20,000 nucleotides of DNA from Priapulus caudatus (taxonomy: Eukaryota). The notes below the pieces were generated by a model. The model was not told the origin of the DNA. It saw only the letters and a program-made list of their open reading frames with translations, and ran no database searches. The position numbers were made by a program, and so were the translations under genes. Where the stretch lies: contig NW_014577085.1 in the NCBI RefSeq assembly GCF_000485595.1, positions 194,457 to 214,456 of the forward strand. The letters run 5' to 3'. Each line of letters opens with the position of its first letter. Within the stretch, counting starts at the first letter, position 1. Below, piece by piece: positions 12,281 through 20,000 of the stretch.

Positions 12281-12454
12281 AACACGCGTATTAGAGGGGG
12301 AAAGGGGTGAAGGGAGCTCTGCTGCCGATAGCGTGATTTCCACGTGATTGCATTCATGTTGGCATTTAATTACTTTCGAGTATTTACTTTGTCAGCCGCT
12401 GAATGCTAAACATAGATGGACTGCAGAACATAGCGACTCCACGCGAATAGACCC

Positions 12455-12468
12455 GTGTGTGTGTGTGT

Positions 12469-12499
<31 letters not shown>

Positions 12500-12883
12500 T
12501 GTGGTGCGGTCGTGGCTGCGTGCGTGCGTGCGTGGCGTGCGTGCCGTGCGTGTGCGTGCGTGATGAGTGTGGCATGTGTGTGAGTGTGTGTGTGTGATGT
12601 GTGTGTGTGTCGTGTGTGTGTGTGTGTGTCGGCGTGCGTGCGTCGTGCTGCGTGTCGGCTGCGTGTGAGTGTGCACGTGATTGGTGTGGTGTGTGTGTGT
12701 TGTTGTGTGTGTGTGTGTGTGTGTGTGTTGCGTGTGTAGTGTCTGTGTGTGTGCGTGCGCTGTGCGTGTCGTGTGAAGTTGTGCATGTGTGAGTAGTACT
12801 TTTGCTCTGTCTCTCTCTCTGCTCTCTCTCCTCTCCTCTCTCTCTCTGTATGGTGCCGTGTCGTGTGTCGTGTGTGTGTGTTG

Positions 12884-12917
<34 letters not shown>

Positions 12918-13006
12918 TCGTCTTGTGCTGTGCGGTGCGCGACGCCGTGCGCGCGCGTGCGTGCGTGCGTGCGTGCGCGTGTTTGTCCATGTGTGTGCTT
13001 GTGTGT
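12455..13006. repeat. Degenerate (GT)n/(GCGT)n/(CT)n low-complexity block
   Basis: Directly visible, with many single-base interruptions. Confidence 0.93.
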
Positions 13007-14908
13007 AGTCGTGTTGATTATTATACACATGAGCTGTAATGGTTTGCCTCTAGGATACCGGCATAAGTAATTATAGGAAGCCACTTGCGTGCAAGGAGCT
13101 CGTTAGTAAACAAGCGGCTTGCGAAAGACAATGCAAGCAATGCGTCGAGCTGCATGGGGTGTAAACAGTAGCTAGCCGCTTTGCTCCTAACCTTACCCGA
13201 CAATAGATAAGTAACTGATCAGCATGTGGCCTAACGGCACATTAATTAGTGTGAAACTTCATTGTCTCACTTTCCTTGTGCAAATGACAGGCGCATTCAC
13301 ACTGTCGGGGATTATATCCCGTGTGTAATGAACTCGTTACACTTGAGGATAGGAGGTGGTATATAGTAGGCGGTGATATTATATATACATCGTTCATTAA
13401 TCTTGTAAACGACTCATAAATTTAGCTGACGTTACTGGATATCTGGGCTGGAGTGGACCAGGTTCAAATTACTGGCTGATCTCCGATAATTACATTATTC
13501 ACTTATTTAGGAACTCTGCATTAACCCGCACATTTGATTACCGTAAGTATTTACGTATATTTAGGGTTGCCACAGGTCCCGGGAGAATTCATGCGGGGGA
13601 AACTTTCCGCATGCCAGGAATTATGACGGCGATCAAGGAGAACTAGCATGTAACCACAGGCTGGGATGGAGTGGCGCAAAATTTTAGATTATCGCGAGTA
13701 TTGTTAGAAGGAAACGCCGAAGAGTGGAACTAAAGGTCAACGTGGTTATTTGCTGTCGTTCCGACGTATCCACAGGCGGTCTGGCGTTGAACGTTGAGTT
13801 ACGGCGATCAAAGTTGTTCTCACCGATGTAATCATTTTTCTAACGTCTCGAATTATCTTTTGCAGTTCTTATTGCGTGGGTGGCTCGAAATCAATGGGTG
13901 CAGAGCGACGGCTGTAGGCGTGGTCGGGGGCGTTGTTATAACTGATTTTCTCGTGTATTTGGTCGGGGAAATATATGATGAATGATCGAAAGTTCAAGAA
14001 AAAGTCAGAGAATTTTGAAGTCAGATACGTTTGGAGTCCAAGCTAATGAACCACCATGTTGTCTGTATTTCATGCCATGTTTATGAATAATTAACTTTTA
14101 TTTGCTCAGTCGTCGAATAACTTAATTTATAGCTTTATGAACAATACCATCACACTATATGTTCAAACACGAAAGGCAAGTTAATATATGGAAGGAAGCC
14201 ATGCAAGCCCTCTTGCTGACTGACAAATGTAGTGGTTTTTTGTAGTGGTCATTTTCTCAGATTTTGGTATTTTCTGTCCAAAAAGCCGCTATCGTGTACC
14301 CGTATATAGACGCATGGGAGGATGCTTTCTTGCCAAGTTTGTTTCCTGTTGCCTAGCTGTGGCTAGATAAGTTCAGCTAATCTTTTTTGATGATAGAATA
14401 ATGGATAAACAGGGTTTGCGGATACATGCCTGAATGCCACACTTATACTTATAGTGCAGTTATAGGAAATCGTGTCTGCCAAGTTCTATCGTTTGCAGAG
14501 GGCCGAAGATTACTATTGCTATTTGTATTGGAATGATAGAGTTTACAGTTGATACGCAGTTTATATGTGGTGAGCAGTGGTGTTTCTGTCATTAGCTGAT
14601 CCTCCTGTACCTTCAACATCTGTCCCTCTTGAAGCACACACACCACTATATCACGGATATAGCTTCCGTATTAGACTGGGTTCCCAGTCGGTGAAAGTCA
14701 TCATAATGTTCTAAAAATACGGTAATAAATGTCTTAAATCATCTCTGTACTTTTTGGGGAAATTTTACCCCAACCACCCACCATGTGGTTGGGAATCTTT
14801 CAATCTCGTACCCAGAGTGCTTTGCGCTCCCGTTGCTATTTATAGTTAACACTACGCGGCGTATGTGGCGTGTAACTTTCCACAGACTAGAATCTAGTCT
14901 ACTTCCGT

Positions 14909-15101
14909 ATCTGTGACTCCTGGAGAATTAAAATCTGTCATTCCTAAACCCCTTGTTTGTCATTCCTAGAGCCCCATTGTATCTTAATCCCTGGAGCATT
15001 CCAGCCTGTCATTCCTGGAGCCCCTTGCCCCTTATCTGTCATTCCTGGTGGCCTCTTGCCTGTTATTCCTGAAGCTCCTTGCCTGTCATTCCTCCTGGAG
15101 C
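14909..15101. repeat. Degenerate ~23-bp minisatellite (CCTGTCATTCCTGGAGCCCCTTG)
   Basis: About 8 copies of the tgtcattcct core at roughly 22-30 bp spacing. Confidence 0.85.
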
Positions 15102-15538
15102 ATCGCAATCCACCATTATGTTATCATATACATCTGTCGCCGCTCTCCAGTCTGCATTAATCACGAAAAAAACCCAGACAAACTCGTATTTGCCGTGAAA
15201 ATCGTGCCGTGAAGCGTGCTTAAACTCGTACCAAACCCCGAAGGAGGAAATCTTGAAGCGTTGGATCACCTGAGATTGCATTCTTTGCATTTAATGAAAT
15301 GTGTCTACGCATGTCATTGTTGGATTATCAGAATATCGAGGTAGGCCGGTAAGTTGGGCAGGTGTTGGTACGCGATTTCGCAGGAGCAATATGCGCGACC
15401 AGCATTAAAGACGCTAAAATTGACGAGTAACGAAATTAAAATATAAGACAAAAACTCGTGTCTAGTAATAGGAAATCCTGTTTACGTTTTTTTCAGTTTT
15501 ACCCTTTGAAGATAATTTCGTTATTTAATTTTCACTTG

Positions 15539-15552
15539 GTTACCATAGCAAC
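15539..15552. promoter_or_regulatory. RFX X-box motif GTTACCATAGCAAC
   Basis: Exact match to the RFX consensus GTNRCC-N(0-3)-RGYAAC in its 14-bp form; no associated gene identified. Confidence 0.45.
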
Positions 15553-15595
15553 CACTAGAGAAAAGCAGCGCGATGGATCAGCTCACGCCCTTTGA

Positions 15596-15647
15596 CCAAT
15601 ATCAAGAGCAGATAATACACATGTGTATTATCTGCTCTTGCCAATAT
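15596..15647. mobile_element. Perfect 38-bp palindrome with 7-bp flanking direct repeats (TIR-only remnant or excision footprint)
   Basis: ccaatat | caagagcagataatacaca tgtgtattatctgctcttg | ccaatat. Confidence 0.75.
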
Positions 15648-16513
15648 CGGTAGTAAGTAGTAATAGGAAGATTGCTCGAGGCAAAGAAATCATTCTCTAT
15701 CTGCCGTCATGATTACAGAGAGGCAGACGCCCCTGTGCTTGCATACTAATATATGCCAAATAAATAGCGTGTAATCACGAAGGCAGTGCAAACCCTGCGG
15801 TACATATTGCAAAAAACGTGCTGAACAGGATTCTGCGTGTTAGGTTGTTTATTCAGGTTGTTCTGTTTTTGATAGTGCGGATCATTTCTACCTTACTAGT
15901 TAGTATAGTAGTGTAGTGTATGACGCTAGTTATTGTTATAGTGTTGTAGCATCCTACTGATCATTTCGAAATAAGCTGGCGCTGTAGAGAACTAGCATGA
16001 ACTAGCTTTCTAGGGCATTCATATCGTTCGTACAACTCCTGGATGGCAGGCAAATTACAGATTCGCGAACCTTACCCCGGGGACATTAAGTTCGTGTTGA
16101 CTGAGAATATCCGATGCTTCCCTCCGCACGACGTGGTGATATCGTATATTGGCATGAACTAAGAGATGCACTGGGTACACATCAGGAATAAACCTTCACG
16201 TCGAAATCCCCAGCAGCTGAATAAACGATCAGCGTACGTCAGCGCTAAATTTGCACTCCATTGCCAGAGTATTCGGCATCCTAGATATGTTTTCCCTTTT
16301 CTCGTTTGGATAGTAAATTTGACTGTTGCAACTGACAACGAAAATATGGCGTCTATCCCAAAATTGTCTTGCATGATCCGAACGAAATACGAGGAACATT
16401 AATTTTGATGCTTTCCCTATTTAAATAGCCGCAATGTTTTCAGAGGGTCTCTTAAATACCTCCTGGCGGTATTAACTACTGTGCGGAAACACACGCGACT
16501 ATAGAAGCTAGTA

Positions 16514-18755
16514 CACATCACAGGCTAATCTCTTAAGACAACGGGCTAATCTTGCAGCAAATCACAGGCTAATCTTACAGAACATTACAGACTATTCTTT
16601 TAAAACAACGGGGTAATCTTCCAGTACATCACACTCACAGGCTAATGTTGCTGCACACCACAGGCTAATGTTGCTGCACACCACAGGCTAATGTTGATGG
16701 GCACAGCGGCAGCAGGCTGAATGTTGGTGGCACACCATCAGACTAATCTCACAGCCACACCTACAACAGACTATCGTTACTGCACAACAGGAAACGAGAC
16801 TCACTTACCTGCACGCCTACGCACGATTAAATTGGCTGGCAGCATCCACAGACTAATTGTTGATGCACACGCACAGGCTAATGTTGATGCATCACCACAC
16901 GGCTGAGTTGGCTGGGCACACCAGCAGACAGACTAATGTTGATGCACACCACAGGCTAATGTTGATGCACACCACAGGCTAATCTCACAGCACACCACAA
17001 CAGACTAATCTTACTGCACACCACAGACTAATGTTGATGCACACCACAGGCTAATGTTGATGCACACCACAGACGTAATCTTACAGCTACACGCCACACA
17101 GAAGCTAATGTGATGCACATACCACCAACAGACTAGTGCTTACTGACACAAGCATAAGACTAATGTTGCTGCACATCACAGACTAATGTTGCTGCACACT
17201 ACAGACTAATCTCACAGCACACCACAACAGACTAATGTGCTGCACACCACAGGCTAATGTTACTGCACACCACAACAGACTAATGTTGGTGCACACTCCA
17301 GTCTAATCTTGCTGCACACCCCAGGCTAATCTTGCTGCACACCCCAGGCTAATCTTGCTGCACACCACATGCTAATGTTGCCGCACACGGCACATCGGCT
17401 ATATGTTACTGCACACCAGCAACAGACTAATGTTGGAAGTGCACACTTCCATCTATATGCTTGCCTGCACACCCCAGGTAATCTTGCTGCAAACCCCAGG
17501 CTAATCCTTGGCTGGCACGACCACATTGCTAATGTTGCCTGCACATCAGCAGGCTATATTTTGCCGGCACATCACAGCTCAATTTTGCAGGCAGCATCAC
17601 AGGCATATATGTTGGCCGGCACATCACGTTAATGGTTGCGCACATCACAGGCTTAATGTTTGCATGGCACATCACAGCTACTGTTGCCGCACATCAGCAG
17701 GCTAATGTTGGCAGGCACATACACAGGCCTAGATGTTCGGGCCGCACATCACAGGCTAATGTTGCCGCACATCACAGGCTAATGTTGCCCGCGCAACATC
17801 ACAGGCCTAATGTTGCAGCACATCAGCAGGGCTATATGTTTGGCCGCACATCACAGGCTATATGTTGCGCACATTCACAGGCTAATTGTTGCCGCAGCAT
17901 CAGCAGGCTATATGTTGCGCGCCATCAGCAGGCTAATGTGCCGCACATGCAACGGCTTAATGTTGCCGCACCATGCACGGCTAATGTTCAGCACATCCAG
18001 CTAGGTTGCAGATCAGGAGCTTTAAAATATAACCAAGGAGAGGAAGCGCCGCTATATCTGGCCCAAATTTTGGGTTGGACAGAGATCGTAGAAACGATTT
18101 CAGTGTGCGCTATTGTCTCTGGGTTCGGTCTGCAGCAGCCGTTTAGGCTATTCTGGTCCTATAGATGGCGCATTGAGGGCGAAAAGCACAGCCAATCCGC
18201 TTCCTCTCTTGTTAATATTTAGCTCCTTGGTTGCAGTAGCTATGCAGTAAGTAACAATCACAACGGCAAGTCAGCAATCTTGGCAGTAAGTACATCACAG
18301 GCTATCTTGATGCACGTCACAAGGCGAATGTTGATGGCAGCATCCACAGGATAATTGTGCCAGTAGTCTAACAGGCTAATTGTTGATGCACATCACAGGC
18401 TATGTGTAATGCACATCAAGGCGTAATGTAATGCACGCCACAGGCTAATGTTAATGGCCATGACAGCTAATGTTAATGCCATCAACAGCTAATGTTAATG
18501 CACATCACAGGCTAATGATTAATGCAACATCACAGGGCTACATGATAATGCAATCACAGCTAATGTTAATGCAGCATCACAGGCTAATGTTAATGGCACA
18601 TCACAGGCTAAATGATAATGCACATTCACAGGCTAATGTTAATGCACATCACAGCTAATCTTGATGCACATCACAGGCTAATCTTGATGCACATCACAGG
18701 ATAATCTTGCAGTACGTCACAGGCTAATATTGCAGTACATTATCAGCTAATATTG
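16514..18755 (+). repeat. 23-bp satellite/minisatellite array (consensus CACAGGCTAATGTTGCCGCACAT), left noisy portion
   Basis: Dozens of cacag(g/a)ctaat(g/c)tt..gcaca(t/c) units with many 1-nt indels. Confidence 0.95.
18014..18229. mobile_element. MITE copy 1, an indel-ridden duplicate of 19499-19705
   Basis: Same TIRs, interior and flanking gttgcagt as copy 2, with scattered 1-2 nt indels. Confidence 0.85.
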
Positions 18756-18825
18756 AGTGATGTGGGACTACCTTGCCAGACACTTTTAATATTCACTGTA
18801 ATGCGGCGCATACTGCGGCAGATGG

Positions 18826-19054
18826 GGTCGTTGTCGTATCAGGTACTACAGATATGTACCCGAGGTAGTTTTTAGGTTTGTTTAGTTTAATGAAATTGGT
18901 TTATATTTTTATATGAGGTCATGTTTAGGGTTATGGGTTGGCTAGGGCTAGGGTTACGGTAGGGTACCTTCTGTAGTACAAGTGGTACACTTTGTTGTAT
19001 CACCATATATGTACGCTCGGGTACATATCTGTGTACCTGATAACGACAACGACC
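18826..19054. mobile_element. ~230-bp foldback element/MITE with ~39-bp inverted arms and an internal TTAGGG-like tract
   Basis: ggtcgttgtcgtatcaggtactacagatatgtacccgag (18826-18864) versus ctcgggtacatatctgtgtacctgataacgacaacgacc (19016-19054), differing by 2 indels; ttagggttatgggttggctagggctagggtta at about 18925-18965. Confidence 0.75.
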
Positions 19055-19363
19055 GCGCTTAAGCCTACTGGCGCTTATGTTCGTAAGTCACGCTGCTATC
19101 GTCACATATACCAGGTACATACCCTTGCGGGATAGGACAGATTATCCTTGCACCATAGGACACGCTAACTTTCTACGGTGGAACATTTCAACCATGTGAT
19201 AGCCTATACCGTTCTACCATATAACCCCTTGATAGGCCATTCTTGGAAGCTACTGTTATAGGGTGTGGACAAGCCCGGTGGTGGGATACATGCTACCCTT
19301 GTGACCAGGTGGTGCTCTTACTGCAAACTTAACCCACCATCACCAACTGCGGGTTGGTCAACC

Positions 19364-19373
19364 NNNNNNNNNN
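19364..19373. other. Assembly gap (10 N)
   Basis: Run of n. Confidence 1.
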
Positions 19374-19374
19374 A

Positions 19375-20000
19375 AATGTTGCAGCACATCACAGGCTAAT
19401 GTTGCCGCACATCACAGGCTAATGTTGCCGCACATCACAGGCTAATGTTGCCGCACATCACAGGCTAATGTTGCCGCACATCACAGGCTAGTTGCAGTCA
19501 AGGAGCTAAATATAACAAGGAGAGGAAGCGCCGCTATATCTGGCCCAAATTTGGGTTCGACAGAGATCCTAGAACAGATTAGTGTCCTATTGTCTCTGGG
19601 TTCGGTCTGCACAGCCGTTTCAGCTGATTATGGTCCATAGATGGCGCCATTGAGGCGAAAAGCACAGCCAATCCGCTTCCTCTCCTTGTTATATTTAGCT
19701 CCTTGGTTGCAGTAGCTATGCAGTAAGTAACAATCACAACCAAGTCACAATCTTGCAGTAAGTACATCACAGGCTAATCTTGATGCACATCACAGGCGAA
19801 TGTTGATGCACATCACAGGATAATCTTGCAGTACGTCACAGGCTAATGTTAATGCACATCACAGGCTAATGTTAATGCACATCACAGGCTAATGTTAATG
19901 CACATCACAGGCTAATGTTAATGCACATCACAGGCTAATGTTAATGCACATCACAGGCTAATCTTGATGCACATCACAGGCTAATCTTGATGCACATCAC
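19375..20000 (+). repeat. 23-bp satellite array, right clean portion, running off the window end
   Basis: Exact 23-bp period (cacagg at 19390, 19413, ...). Confidence 0.97.
19499..19705. mobile_element. 207-bp MITE with perfect 32-bp TIRs and an 8-bp TSD (P-element or hAT superfamily-like)
   Basis: TIR caaggagctaaatataacaaggagaggaagcg (19499-19530) has its exact reverse complement at 19674-19705; TSD gttgcagt at 19491-19498 and 19706-19713. Confidence 0.92.

Noticed and set aside
13562..13572. TAGGGTTGCCA, a hAT-like terminus
   Set aside because: No matching inverted partner or TSD found in the window
15063..16402. Short non-repetitive ORFs near the X-box and a minus-strand GTAAGG donor near 16070
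   Set aside because: No recognisable homology, and frames are interrupted by stops, so no gene model is supported
16514..20000. CRISPR-like appearance of the 23-bp repeats, and the 196-aa ORF at 17632-18222
   Set aside because: Units are head-to-tail with no unique spacers, there are no cas genes and the context is eukaryotic; the ORF is a satellite/MITE read-through

Overview
Repeat-rich eukaryotic DNA, probably from an invertebrate (inferred from the repeat types), and intergenic or intronic. I found no convincing intact host gene; almost all listed ORFs are microsatellite or satellite artefacts. The window holds: (1) a ~1.3-kb internally deleted Helitron on the minus strand, with a frameshifted PIF1-type helicase C-terminus, a 3' hairpin plus CTAG, and a (CTGT)n 5' end; (2) a complete ~1.25-kb HINE/DINE-type (Helentron-associated) element carrying ~2.5 tandem ~300-bp units; (3) a 23-bp satellite array interrupted by a 207-bp MITE with perfect 32-bp TIRs and an 8-bp TSD, seen twice on either side of a 10-N gap, probably as an assembly duplication; (4) a perfect 38-bp palindrome between 7-bp direct repeats that resembles a P-element-type excision footprint; (5) two or three further foldback/MITE-like elements, a canonical RFX X-box and many microsatellites. 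I see no evidence for a new multi-gene system. The interesting signals concern transposon and satellite biology.
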